Under the pieces are notes generated by a model that saw nothing but the letters and a program-made list of their open reading frames with translations, was not told the DNA's origin and made no database searches. The translations under genes and the position numbers were made by a program. DNA of 64,000 nucleotides, taken from positions 620,001 through 684,000 of the forward strand of contig OZ210886.1 of NCBI GenBank assembly GCA_964658305.1. Direction: 5' to 3'. The DNA is from Leptogorgia sarmentosa. Taxonomy: Eukaryota. Below, in pieces: positions 10,682 through 24,620 of the stretch. The first letter of the stretch is position 1; each line of letters starts with the position of its first letter.

Positions 10682-13600
10682 ATGCTAGATGATGGTGCAG
10701 AGCAATTAGTTCTGAAACTGGAAGAAGTATTTCAGGGAAAAGGTATTATTATATAAATTGTATCAATTTGTTACATTTGGGGACCATTTGTTTTGGTGGG
10801 TTCTTGTAATCTGCTTCTATACATAAATCTGTGAATATGATTACTATTTAGTTTCATTAGAACAAACAGGCTTGGTTAGATCATTGCACCTGTATCACAG
10901 GGTGCTCTCTAAAACTACGCTCCTGGTCAGGTCATGCAAACAATTCCAAAATGTGATCTGGATACCTAGAAGAAAGTTGAGAACCAGGAGATAAATTATT
11001 GGGGGAAGGGGCACATATTCTTGTTCTGCCTGATTGATTTCTTCTGAAATCGAGCTATGAACACAAATATGTATGTGCCCTCCCCCAATTATTGATCTAC
11101 CACCGCCTCTGGCAAACAAACACAGATCCAGGAATGGTTGCAGATTTTTGACAACCTTGAAGAAGAATCAGTTAAAAGCACTTCTGCTTTCATCTTGAAA
11201 GTCGGTTCAACATAGTTGTTAAGAAACTTTCTATGGTCGTTTTGTAAAAAACCATGGGGATAAATTTCATTCTTCTTCTTATTTTGTCTATTTGTAGAAG
11301 AGCTCATTTCAAATGGAAGAATAAGAGTATGCTTAACTGCTTCAACTATCGTGTTTCTGAACAAATGTTTTGAAGATATTCATCAACATACTAGTTAGTA
11401 TATAAATCACATTACATTATTGATAACTTGCCACATCATAATTACATTTCAAACCTATGATTTTATAGATTCCCAAAACCGTATCATAGAATATCTCAAG
11501 CAATGCGCACAGTCTATTCATACATTAAAGGTTTGTTGAATTTACACACAAATTAGTTTTGGTCATATCTATACATCAGTTAAAAGGTACTACAGTTGAA
11601 CCCCAATAAGCAGACACCTCTCTTAAGTGGACACCTCGTCTAAGCGAACACATCTCAGGTCCCAGCCATTCGTTTTCCTTAATAAATATTATTGTAACCC
11701 CTATTGAGGGAATACCCCTTATAAACAGACACTAACGAGAAGGTGTCCACTTGATAGGGGTTAGACTGTACAGAGTAGCAGAGTATTGAGGGAATACCCC
11801 TTATAAACAGACACTTACGAGAAGGTGTCAACTTGATAGGAGTTAGACTGTACAGAGTAGTTTGTTTTTTTTATGAAGATTGTGCAGGGATTAACATTCA
11901 AGTTTAACCATGTGATTGACATATCTCATTTTCAAGCTGTCCAAGTACTTCAGGTAAGAATAATAAACAATTATTGGATGAGGCTGAGCATGATACAAGA
12001 ATTATTCAGACCGAGGTGAATGTTATCTGCCGAAGCGAAGCTGAGGCGGATAACATTGACCGAGGTCTGAATGTTTGTTATGGGATAAATGATGATACAT
12101 CAGATTCTTTTGTTTTTATTGTTCATTAGATTGAAAAAATAGCTATTGGATATGTTTCTGGTCTGCAAACTTTAAGGCCAAGAATTAAAGTCTTAAAAGC
12201 CGGTAACAGTGTTGAAAAAATTAATGTAAGTGCTTCTTGTATCATACTGTAACTTCAAATTCATGAGGAAAATATGAAAAAATATCTGATGGATATGGGG
12301 TTATCCCCCCAAATTTTGGGGATAAAATCACTTCTCTTGGAAAATTTATTGAACCTCAAACTGAAAAGACTCCTGGAGTCCAATTCTCCATTTGCAGGCT
12401 AGTAGTGATGGATAGACATCAGTCTTTTTTATTCCCACCGCGATCAAGCATGTGATGATATTTTGTTGCAGGATATCCTTACATTGTGTGGCTATGATGG
12501 AAGCACTGCGTTCACCTGGCCTTATCTTGAAGTAGCGGATTTCAGTTTTAACACCATTAGCTCTCTGGACTCTTCCCTGGTAAATCTTAGGTTATTTTAT
12601 AATACGTCGGAACGTTTGAAAATGTTTAAAATTTAATGCTTGTTGGACGTACATACATATCGTTTTCAACAAATGAAATTTCTTGAGGTTGTTCTTTGAT
12701 ATTCCAATGTAGCAGATACTTTCTATTTCAGCGTCTGCTGACGTCTGTACGACATTTAAATGTGAGTCATAATGGACTAACGACCAAAGATAATATTGAA
12801 GAGAATGAATGGATGGTAATGTAGTTTACGGATATCTATGAATTTACTTGTTATACTCAGTGATGGGCACTTTCCAGCATGTCATTGCCAACACATCCAC
12901 ATGTTTCAACGAAGATAGCTCAATTCGTTTCACATTTTTTTCTCTTGATCTTTTCATTTAGTGTTTACCAGAAGTGACATACCTGAATCTTGGCTACAAT
13001 CAATTAACAAAAGTGCCTTCCTTCCCAGATAAATGTTGTTCTAGAATAACAACCTTAATATTATGTAACAACGATCTTACAGGTTTGGAAGGTAATGGTT
13101 TTGACATGTTAAAACTGTAAAATTGTGTTCAAATTGGGTGCCAGTTAACGGATAGGTCCGTTAACTGGCAACTTAATCAGTCGAAAAATCACTGAAAACT
13201 ATTTCAGTCATCCAGAGTTTCGGGCGTCCTAAACGTCCAATTTTTGGTTGTTGGAAATCTCAGAACGCCCTTGACACGGCTACTGACTCCTCATCGCAAC
13301 AACCTACATTCTTCACAGCGTCATTAGTAAAGTTATGATACTTAGTATTAATCTGATTGGTTAATTGGTGAATTTGAACTGTATAAGAATACTAGTAAAC
13401 GCACATTAGACAGTTTTCAATTCGCTCGTTTTTAGAAACGAAATTGATTTAGAAATCAATTCTAGGTTGTCATTTTGTGAAATGATATTAATTTTTAGGA
13501 GTGGAAATGTTGCAGGAATTAGAAAGCTTAGATGTATCGACAAACTGCATTTCACGATTTTCCTCATTATCCTCGTTGGTCCGGTTACATCGACTGGCAT

Positions 13601-16600
13601 CAGTAAGTGCTAGCAATTTCGCGTAAATTACAGAGTAGCGTGAATTTCTTGGTACGATCTTGGTTCTACCATAACATGGTTTATATTGAGCTACTGATTA
13701 ATACATGCAATAATGTGATAAGCAAAAATTTTCACTAAAAATTAGGTAGATGAAAACTTCTTTCAAAAAACTTTTAAGCACCTACCGTAGAAGTAAAAAG
13801 ACTGACCAGAAAAGGTTTTTTTCTCGACGTTTTCGATGTCAACCAAAGCACAGAAATGAAAACATTGTTCTATTATTAGTTTCAGTATATTCAATATCCT
13901 CTTGTTTTTGTGAATGTTTTTTTGCTTTACTTCTTTATTTTACTATTTGTTTCGTAGATTAATTGCTACAGCAATCCAATATCATTTGATAAAAGATATC
14001 GAAGTACTCTTACGTCATACCTTTCCCCAAGTCCACGTCGTGCTCCGGTATGATAACTATGTTGTACCTGGTATTGTATTGTTTTGTTGATGCAGTTTTT
14101 ACCTGTAGTATTTCTAACGTTTTCACTGTTGAAATGTAAAAGTTGATTGACACCTTGACTAGATTGTTCTGTTCTTAGATTTTCCTTGATGGAAAAGAGC
14201 TCAATGCGGTAGAGTTATATGTAAGTTGTTTAAGATAATTAGATTGAATTTTTGTACATTATCATGATCACCTTCCCAGGGGCGTTGGGGTTTCTCGTTA
14301 GTACTCTCCCTTCATCCTTCGCTTAATCCTTCTATTTCTTTCTCAGCCTTGTGTTGATCTTGTAGTAGTATCTCCTACTTCAACCCCCCATTGAACCATG
14401 TATGTATCACTCATTCTTTCCATTCAGATGACCGTGCCACTTCTAGATTGCCCACGTCCCCAGCCCGTTATATGAACGAAGAGCAAACTCACGTAGAGCA
14501 AACTCACGTATTCGCCTTGTAAATCAATATTCGTAATGCATTGAAATCGGCTGCTTCGTGGCGATTCTGGCAAAAATGTGTCGAAAACAGCTGCGACGCT
14601 AGCCAAGTAACTGCGTTTTTAAAATTTTTATATAGAGTCTTGGTCAGTCAAGAGAAGTGGTTCTCAGCAATTATATCCCAACTCGACCTTGTGGTACACC
14701 TTTTCACATACAAAATGATCCTGAGGCATTTATTTCTTCCGGTGAATACAGCAGTACACCCCGTACACCTGAGGAAAAGGTGCGTTGTCTAACACCCCCT
14801 TATCACCTTTAATGTGTGCCAAAGTCAGTCCTGGGATAGGAAAAAGTACCTAAATATAAAGACCCGTTCACATCCGTCAAAAGGAGAAAATCGCACTAGA
14901 AATCGCTGCGAAATTGCTCGTGTTGGTAGTAAGGAGAATTTAATAGTGCAACAATTGTCGCTTTTACGGTGGTCACAAAATATTGTTGTTTGAAGAATAT
15001 TAGAATTTGCCAGTCTGCCAGTTTGTCTGAATTTAGTGGTTCGATCCACTTATTTTATTTCAGAGGAAAAATCGTAAATCAGTCGTAAGACGACCATCAA
15101 TCCATAATATCGGTGATGAGCAAGAGAAAAAAATGCGTGAGTAGTTTTGCTGTTGTAACTTCATTGGATTTTGATGAGTGAATTTTCCAGTGGATTTGGA
15201 AGTTGTAGTTTAGTTCTCCTTTTGAGTTCTTGATAACGAGCCCTTGCTCTGCCAGAGGTTTTTCCTTGGGGCCTTCTTTACTTCTTTAATGCACAGTACA
15301 TATGCGCGTGCTTCGTGCCCGAGTTAGTAATATGTAAGAATGATGAACTTAATTCTTCATTTTAGCTCGGGCTGTCAGTATAAGCGGAGTGGAGACGAAA
15401 GAAGAGCTGGAGAAACTTGAAAAATTAAGAAAGGACGCAGGGGAAGGTAAAACTGGAGTTGAGATAGATTGACGTGATTTGTTTGGAAGGAATGAGACTG
15501 CTTGACGTTCAATAGTAATAATGAACGGTAGTCACTGCAAACCAAGGTGTGTGACCTGGTGAGCTGTTATGGACGAGTGTTCTGGACTAATCGCCTGTCA
15601 GTCAATAACGGCTAAGTCGGTGGATCACGTAGCATTACGTAAGCGGTAGATTTCACAGGAAAGTTCACAACGTATGCTGACATTGGATGCATGCCCCCTT
15701 GAAAGCCAATTCCTTGTCATAGTTGAAGTTAATGAGATCATCTTCTAGATTATCTTGTTGTGCGAAATCAAGAACAACTCAAGAAAAATGACCAAGAATT
15801 TCTTTTTGACATTTCTTCAGGTAGTAAGAGTTATTAGTGGAAGCTTGGTTTTAATGTAGTTGATCTCGACAGACACTGACAAACATTTCCATATTTCTTT
15901 TTGTAGAACAACCGATCGCGAGTACATCATCAGAGATTGCTGAAACTGAAAACGTTGATTTCTTACAATCGCCTGAAAGTCCTTCATTTCACACGACTGA
16001 TGTTATGCATGAACTCCTTCATGGTAATTCATTTTTGGTGCTGCATGTTTTTGAGAAAACTCGAATATTTAACACAACATCGATAAGGCGAATAATTGCA
16101 TGTAGAATGAATAACAGGAAATTGTTTGAAAAAGTTTAAAAAGCCACAGAAAGTTCAATTATTTTGCAAGGCGTCAACATGCGAAAGCAACGTTGACAAA
16201 GTTTATTCCAATTCAGTGCATGCGTTCAGGTCAGATAATACACTGAAATAGTTGCACATTTTGTTAGATATTTTGTACCTTTTACAATTGTATTTTCATC
16301 AAAATTTGAAAGCTTATTGATATAGATACCTCAAAAACTTTACTACATTGAACCACTGTTACAGCTGATTGATGTACTACTTTATATGGTTACCATACAG
16401 TATGTACACGAAGTTAACTGCATGAATGTTTGTCTACTGAATATAGGTGAGACGAGCAGTGAAATATTCTTGGTTTCTAAAACACTAACTGAAGAAACGA
16501 ATTCAGGAGATATATTTGTCACGATTAAAGATCATGAGATTGTAGAAATGCATGCCATTAATGGGGAGGTGAGGAATATGAAGCTCGAGTGTTCTGTTGA

Positions 16601-19600
16601 CTGCATTAATCATTGCAATTATCTTTTTTAATTTTTCTTTTTAAGCGTTTAAAAATCTCCCCAAAACTGTGTTATCAAGGTTAAAAATGTTAAAACGTAA
16701 GAAATAATGCACTATTTTTTTACAGATGCTTTCTAGATTGGATTTGAATGGCCTACTGTGTGTAAACATGATTCCAGGTGACGAGAAAATAGGCATAGTC
16801 CTCAAATTTAGCCATGTTCATAAAGAAAGAAAATATCGAGAGTATCTCTTTGATGATGAAGGACAATGTGAGGTGTGTAGTGGGTTAAAATTCTTCAATA
16901 TCAAATCAATTACTTATATTTATTTCGTGTTATTATTTGAAAGAAGAATAGTTTTTTTCACTCTTGGCCTATCCGAGTACTTCCTCTTTCAAATTTGGTA
17001 GTTCAAGTGTGCACAATACAACGTCTCTATATAATTGTAAAAACTACAGCCCTTCTTTTCTCCCATAAAAATTGTATTGTTTGCTTAATCAAACATGCAT
17101 GATAATTAGTTAGGTATGAAAAAGAAGCGACTACCGCTATTTTTTTTCATGTAAATAATTCGTTTTCAAAACTTTTGAATTCGAGTTTGTCGTTAAAGGC
17201 AATTAAGGTCATGTTCATGTACAGCATGTTCACAACATACCCAACCCCGATATTCATTGTTTTTTATTTTATATCCTGTTTTTTAGAAATTTGTGTCTCT
17301 GCTCAAAGACTTTATTCAGGAACCTATAAACGAGGATAAAGTTCCTGACAAACGTCAGGTATTGATTTTACGATTGAATTTGAACTGCATGGAAACACAC
17401 ATGCACCCCTGTTCTGAAGTCGAACTCAAACAAAGAACTTAGCTCATTAACATTAGATTAAACTTTGTAGTGTATCAGGTGCTCAACATGGTATAACACA
17501 GAAAAAGAGGTTTCTCGTTGTAAAAATTGTGGTAGCTCATTCGTATTTGAAGTGATGAAAGACGAAGGAACTAAACAACAGCAGAGCAAAACCGACGTCA
17601 CAGCGTAAGAAAAGTATTAGAAATATTTGACTGCGTAGCTTTGTGGCAAAGGCTATACAAAATCGCATGTGGACAGTATGGGGAGGGATGTGTGAATTCC
17701 TGAGAAAGTTCCAGTAAAAACCTTGTCCCTGCATGTGGAGGTATATATATATTTTCCATCTAGTGTGTTTATGTTTTAGGCGTCAACCAGATGTTCAAGA
17801 TCCTGATCTTATTCCTAGCTTGGTCCGCCATGCACCTTTACCACCAGATATTTGCATTTCTGGAAGCGACACAAACACCTCTAATAATACAAATAAAAGC
17901 TCTTCTGAAAGTACAGATAAAAACTCCTCTAAAAATAGAGAAAAAAACTCTCCTGAAGTGGACAGCGAATATGGAGCTTTGGTTTCCAGCATTCATGTGA
18001 GGACAAAGGAAAATTATTATGAAGATAGTTTTAACAATGAAGATTACGACGCATCATGTTATACTTCCACCAAATCATTACTTCAAAACAGTCCGTCTCC
18101 TGCCTTGGCTATTTCTCTGGATAGTTTAGATAACAAAATACCAGAAAGTCCCTTGGCGTCCTCATATAGTTCTCAGTCTGGTTCAGAGTCGAGAAATCCA
18201 ACACCAGTCAGAGGAAAATCTTCGTCAAAGATTCACTTTTCCTCGGAGTCATGCACACATTGTGATCATCGCTTGAAGTTGTATTTGGAAACTAAACTCT
18301 TCAGAGGAGGTGAAGAGGAGGAATTTCGTTGTATGATTAAGGTCAGTATGCATGGATATAATACCAACGTGTTATATTCTTTACTTTACCAGACAGTCAT
18401 ATTAGAGAATGGCTGTGTACGCTAATGTCAAAGTAAAATTTAAATCTCTTGCAGTGTCCCGTAGCATCGTATGGTCACGCACAAGGAAGACCTGCATTAC
18501 TTGTTATTTCAAATACGATAGCGTATATTTGTAAAATCACTGGCATTGAAAGGTGAGAATAAATTGCTTTTGTGAGGTACAAAGTCAAATATCTGCGATC
18601 CTTTCCATCGCCTTGCATAACTATAGGTAGGATCTTTTTACAGGAACCTATATGTTTAATTGTTACGAATTAATATTAAATGCAAATGAAAGTATTGCTA
18701 AGATTAAAGAAATTGGTGATCAGAAAATCTTATTTTAATAATGTCTTTGAATATAATATAAATTGGAATTTATATTTAAAATTTGTCTGCAAATGCAATA
18801 ATGATGCTGAAATATGGACAAAATGTTTTTGTCTTTAGTACACGACCTAGGGAATGGTTGTCAATAAAAGTATGTTATCTTCTCACGGATCTGCGATATA
18901 TTGAATATGGATTACAAAGCCAAGTGAGCCTAAAACCCTTAAAATATTAATAATGATCTGCTATGAAGAATGCTTGGAAATGTGAGACCAAGGCGCTGCA
19001 AAAACATTGTGTTTTACGGAACTTTGGTCATGGTTCCGTAGGTTACGACCGTTGACCAAGTGCATGAGGAGATCAGAGGACCCATGCAGGGATCGAGAGG
19101 GCTTTTTACGAAAGACAAGCACTAGACTGCTATGTGACCTCACAGTCTCCTCATTTTGGAGCTCGTAATCTAATCGTTGATTAATAAGACTGTACTTTTT
19201 GTGTTAAATTTAGAGTTTTAGATTGGAATTTGCTGAGCCATCTGGTTGTCATACTTTCTTAGTGGGAGATAGAAAACGTTGTGAGAATTTCTTAACAACC
19301 TTTCGCAGTAAGTATGTCCTTTAAAACCTGTCATTTTTGGTCATGTAGATCATGTTTCTACCTTACTGACCACGAACACTTTCTGAAAACGTGTTTCATT
19401 TGTAGACGTTAGATGTGTTGAGGCAACTTTATGACTGTTACATACATGAAGTATTTAACCCACAACGTCTGATTATTTGTCTATGTGAAGGAAAACATTT
19501 TGATTGTTTAGGCGTGGCTAAGGCAGCTCATGGAGACAGCCATAAATCACTTAGGATCGGGAAAGCAAACCCACAAACTCAGGCAAACATTAGGTAAAAC

Positions 19601-21621
19601 TATCTTCTGTCTAAAGTTTCATTTATAACCACAATCCGTAAAGGGACTGCGTAGGTAAAGGTTTTCTCGGTTAACGAGGTATAGACATTTGCATTTTCTC
19701 ATTTTTTTATGCCAAAGGATTCAGGTTTTTGGTGTGAAGGATGAAAGTCTTATGTTTAAGGTAATCTTTGAAAAGGGATACTTTTAGACGTCGTCAGTAC
19801 TTGTTTACTGAGATTATTTTTCCATATTATTGAATTTGAGAACGTTTGTTCATTCTTCAACAGGGACGACGGCTTTATGAACAAGCTGCAAACTTCACGA
19901 ACCCTCCTTTACTAAAAGACAACAAGGTATGTTAGACAGGACGGGGTTGCCAGAAAGCATGAATAAATTAGCCAAACCGTCATTAGCACCTTTAAGAAAA
20001 CAATGAAAACAAAAGGCAAACACAAAAAAACCAAGGCCATTTGTTAAAAGTTTGGCTTATTTATTCCAGATTTCTGGCAACCTGCCCGACTATGTGGGCA
20101 TAACTGTGGGTAAACAATGTTGAAATCAGGATAAATTGTGTTAGGAATTGCTTTTGGTGAGAGCTGTATTATGGAGTTGCTGTTAATTCTATTTATTCTG
20201 CAGGTGTGGTTTCGAACATTGCCTCAGAGCATGTCTGGCGTAGAATTCATTGATTGGTTAATCAGTCGTAAAGAAGCCTCCAGTTACGGTGAAGCCGTAC
20301 ATATAGGTCAGCTGCTACTCAATGCTGGAGCAATACAGTGCTTTAACAAAGATTGTGGTTTTCTAGAAAAAGATCAATATTATCATTTTAATTTATCTGT
20401 TGAATCACACGAGGTAAGTCTAGATTGAGAGGTGATTCACCCATAATGTCGTGTAATTCTATTGCAATGTTCTATCGATATAATATATTTTCTTAGGATG
20501 AAGCCAGCGACAGTTCTCAAGATAACAATACGAAGGCAACCGATGCTAACACAATTATAAAACAATATATCCTCGCGCAATGGAAAGGTTAGTGATTCAG
20601 GAGTTGTCAGATTAAGAAAATGATGCAAACGATCTCAATTAAGAACGTAGCCACAACAAAACATGTGAGGGGAGGGGTCTGTTATCGGAAATGCCAAACA
20701 TACGTAGGCACCATTTTTTGGAGAATGCTTTTTAGCTGATCGAGAGCAAGCTAATTTGCGAGGTACGAAGAACATGATCAAGTGGAAATGCGTTCCAAGA
20801 GCGCCTTTGGCAGCCATTTTGTGACTCGTGATTAGTTTCTGCGTACATCAGCATGTGCACTGACCAAATCAGTCTGCAAAGCAAAGAACAACTAAATTTC
20901 ATTTGGTTTTTTCAGAGAAAGAAAAATCTACACCAATCTCAATATTCATAACAAACTCTCACATCGCATTAGCTGAGGAAAACCATCAGTGGCCCTTACC
21001 TCTGCTCCATGACCCTCCCAAAGTCTTATCTGGTCCACAGTTTGTCTTGAAAAAGAAACAACAAATTATTAATATCACTGAAGTGGTGAGAATAACAAAA
21101 ATTATGATGATTTTGTTGAAATAACTAAACTGTAAGACAATGGACCGATTGAAATGCAGATATCTCTATAGCCTCTAAGGTAGGACCTTGACAACCTTAC
21201 ATTTATCTCGTAACAGTAGTTGTTTTTCTTTCTACTCGTAGAAATTATTCCCTGAGTTTCCTTGTGAAATTGAAATTGAGTTCCAAGATGAGGTAAATAA
21301 ACTAAAATATTTTCACCATTATATACGTAAGAGAGTCACGCCTTCCAAGTTAAATTAAAGACGGTCACACTGTTTTAAGTAAATGCAAATTATTCGCAAA
21401 TATTCTGCACAAATGTTCTGCACATTTTGAATTTACTGCATCAGTCATATATGTAATTATAATCATCCTAGGACACGCCAGAAAGTATAGAAGATGATCG
21501 CTGGTTGGTTGTATTGCAGTCAGAAAATTCGCTCAATGTTCTTCTTGATGCCATCAAGGAACTGTGGGAAAAGCAATTCGCTATAGATTTGCCAATAAAT
21601 ATTCTTACCAGTTTTTGCTGA
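10682..21621 (+). CDS. STK11IP: STK11 (LKB1)-interacting protein: LRRs, zinc ribbon and C-terminal PH-like region with an inserted DEP domain; about 30 exons
   Basis: Spliced translation MLDDGAEQLVLKLEEVFQGK/EELISNGRIRVCLTASTIVFLNKCFE/.../DILTLCGYDGSTAFTWPYLEVADFSFNTISSLDSSL/RLLTSVRHLNVSHN/CLPEVTYLNLGYNQLTKVP...LILCNNDLTGLE/GVEMLQELESLDVSTN/INCYSNPISFDKRYR/IFLDGKEL, then CIRC...CKNCGS (~17471-17600), HCDHRLKLYLETKLF (~18259), PISIFITNSHIALAEENHQWP (~20930), ending IKELWEKQFAIDLPINILTSFC* (TGA 21619-21621). Confidence 0.9.
10898..11112. repeat. Interspersed repeat or MITE relics in STK11IP intron 1
   Basis: Inverted segments CTCCTGGT/ACCAGGAG and AATTATTGGGGGAAGGGGCACAT/ATGTGCCCTCCCCCAATTATT. 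The region cannot be spliced in frame into STK11IP (stop at ~10993). Confidence 0.5.
11593..11860. mobile_element. Tc1/mariner (pogo-like) MITE with TA TSD and a duplicated right end
   Basis: TA-CAGTTGAACCCC...GGGGTTAGACTG-TA (11593-11768) with internal AAGY/GGACAC subterminal repeats. The 77 bp at 11702-11778 are repeated at 11784-11860. Confidence 0.7.
11959..12072. repeat. Palindromic interspersed repeat
   Basis: Imperfect hairpin ATTCAGACC...AATGTTATCTGCC-GAAGCGAAGCTGA-GGCGGATAACATT...GGTCTGAAT. It resembles a repeat I recall from coral genomes (not verified). Confidence 0.55.
13139..13170. repeat. Perfect 14-bp inverted repeat with a 4-nt loop (STK11IP intron)
   Basis: TGCCAGTTAACGGA-TAGG-TCCGTTAACTGGCA. 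Confidence 0.85.
19945..20082. mobile_element. MITE with GGTTGCCAGAAA terminal inverted repeats
   Basis: GGTTGCCAGAAA...GAATAAATTAGCCAAAC pairs with GTTTGGCTTATTTATTC...TTTCTGGCAACC. It lies in the intron between the two DEP-coding exons. Confidence 0.6.
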
Positions 21622-24620
21622 CGAAAGAATATGGTAGGATTTTTATGAAGACAAGACTTTATTTATTAGATCTCAGTTGGTTAGCTCGAATCCACCTTTG
21701 AATCGCTGATGACATTGTGTTGAACTTGTTCGACGTTAAGAGTATATCCATACGTTCATGCATGAGTACAAAATTTTAGCTCTCAACATTTTATTTAATT
21801 ACCTGCTAGGTCTGATTTTGAATATATTGAGGCGAGATATATTATGTTGCAATAATGTATTGTTAGCTGTGGTTTTAAAATTTAACAAACTTTGTGATGT
21901 GAATAGTGAATATTAACGACTATTTCAAACGTGTTAATTTATAGCATACAGAATAAATGCATTTTTAAAATTTAACTGGTAACGACATATTGATCTTCTA
22001 TTTTTTGCAACGATCTGTACTAAAAATGTTATACGCCCTCTTGTGTATGTTTTGTGTGCAATGAAGTTTATGAATTGAACTTGATAAAAAACGCTACATT
22101 AAATCATTAATTAAAGGATGTGGTTTTAGCTAATTCCTAGTTTCCAGCCGTTATCTTAGCCTACAGTGAGGCGTGATTGGCAATCGACGCCTTGTCAAAA
22201 CATGCCTTATGTCTATAGCTTATTTTTACTTTTTACTGTACAGCTGTTTTATTGAATTAAAATTAATCAATTTCAATCTACCTAGAGTTGAAGAGAGAGC
22301 ACTCACTTGAGAATATTCGGCCAACTAAAATGTTATTCTAAACACTGGCGATACACTCTGACAAATCTATGCAAAATAATTATTTCCACACATTTGTTAA
22401 ATCCATGTTTCGATACATCTATATAAATGCCAATATATCGTACTTATATGATAATACTGAACTGAGAAAAGATATCCTTTGAATAATGAATATATCATTG
22501 TATAGTGAACAAAGATGTTTATATGTTCGTTTTCATTCATATCAGTACATGCATGTTTCCTTCACTGCATGCGCTAAATTCAGTATAGATAAATATGTAT
22601 ATACTGTAGCAGAGCGTTTTTACAGGAATATGTTGTATAAAGTTATATAGGGACCTTTAAATACGCCGTATGTTATGACAACTGCATGATAAAAAGAACC
22701 AGAACCAGTATAGCGTAGGATGATTGATGAAACTCCTAACAGCCCCAATTCAATGGAACTATATATACTTTGAGGCGATTTCGTCAAAAGCAATTCGCCA
22801 TAGTGACTTGAGGTATATTTGCTGAAAGGAATGCCTGCGCACGTTTTAAGAATGGATAGAAAACTGTACATTTACCATCACCTCACTAAAACAAGACTAA
22901 AACAAAGTCGGGTTCGTCTTCAAAACCCACACAAACAAACATGCAGCATCCCCACTCCCCCGTATCTGTGAAACACATGCAAACCTGAATATAAATACAA
23001 AAGATGCAGGCATTCAATATACAAGCATCTTTTCATTGAAAGTGCAATTAATATAGTCTTTTGTGCATTGCAATCAATAAGTACGAGCACAGAAAAAGTA
23101 AAATTAGACATTAAAAACTGATAAAAAAGGTTCAGCCATGCCATTTTTCGTTGCATATTTTTGCCCTTAACTTTTGACGGATTTGAGTCATCATAGATTT
23201 AGTTCCAGTCTATATTAATAATAATAAGTTAGAAACAATTTCGCAATACGTCATCTTTTGCGTGGGTTTATCACGAATTTAAGACATAAAATTCATGAGA
23301 AATGTTGGCGCATTGCGTTTCAACTAATCTTGACCTCAGGAAACCATTTACAGAAATATTTAACAAAAACTATGGGAGATATAAATGCACTTCATGATGG
23401 ATTATAGCAGTGATATTATGTATATATAAGTTGTCCCTTTGTTCAGTTGTTTAGCTTAAAAGTTCTCCTTTCATAATCAATTATGTGACAGTGAAAAATA
23501 TCAAGCGAGCAATTATAAATATTAGTATGGGAGCAAATTCAATTTGTGCTTAATAATTCATGAATATAATTATCACTTTAAAAATTAAACTGCTTCACAC
23601 AAAGGACGATCACCAATTTAAATCGTCCCCGCATGGAACAAGAGGCGTCTTGATAGATCGATTATAGAAGTACAGCTTGTACAGTACATTGTTTAAATAT
23701 GTCTCGAGAGTCAAGTCGTATATATATATATAGTTGCACTCCTTCATTACGCCATGAGTGCACTAATGATCGAGATAAGAGATATTGGTTTATTAGGACG
23801 TTATTTGTACAACGCAACTACAGCGGCGGTTTTTAGATTACTTATACTAAATTTTTCCTGTAAACACCTCATCAGATCGTGAGATCAATATGTAGATAAA
23901 ACTAGACTCGTTGCTGATAGGAAAAGTTAACTTGTCAACAAGCACAAAACACATGCATGTGCAAGTTTCTTTTTCCAACATGATATATGTTGGTATTGTG
24001 AAGAGAAACACGATTATCATACCCTCATATCCACATTAATTTGAGAACCAGAGACCAATTGCAATGCCAACTGACACACGCCATGTTAATGAATCATTTG
24101 GTAAAAAATGTATATGAACACGGTTTTCTGAGCAAAGAGCTGAACAAAAATGTTTTCTTGAAATAAGAATTTATAATGACATATAAACAAAACGTACATT
24201 GTTTCACGAATAAACTTTTCAACATGGGTACCGCATATAACGTAGCTAGATCAAGGTTTTCCGACTGTTGACCGAAGCCTATATCAATTTACGTGAAACA
24301 AACAACGTAATAAACGTCAAAAGGGGAAATTTACTTTCATCTACATTGACTTAATTTCTTTTAATGAACAAACGTTTGTAATATGTATCGAAGACATGCA
24401 CGAAAAGAGAGCTTAACTCAAACCCTGCTGGTGAAAAACAAAAATAAGTTATAATAAAAGATTCGACTTTCAGACACAATGTTGTTTGAGAGGTGCTTAT
24501 GCGCATGCTTGTGGACAATGAGGCGGTGATTTGTCGGTGAGATAAAAGGCAGAGGATAATGAGTTGTCATTAGATTTACTATGATAGTAATCGAGATAGG
24601 GGCAAGGTCGTTAAGTCTAC

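Noticed and set aside
14347..14476. Possible STK11IP exons after acceptor-like sites at 14346 and 14427
   Set aside because: Both hit in-frame stops. The exon at 14636-14779 continues the frame cleanly.
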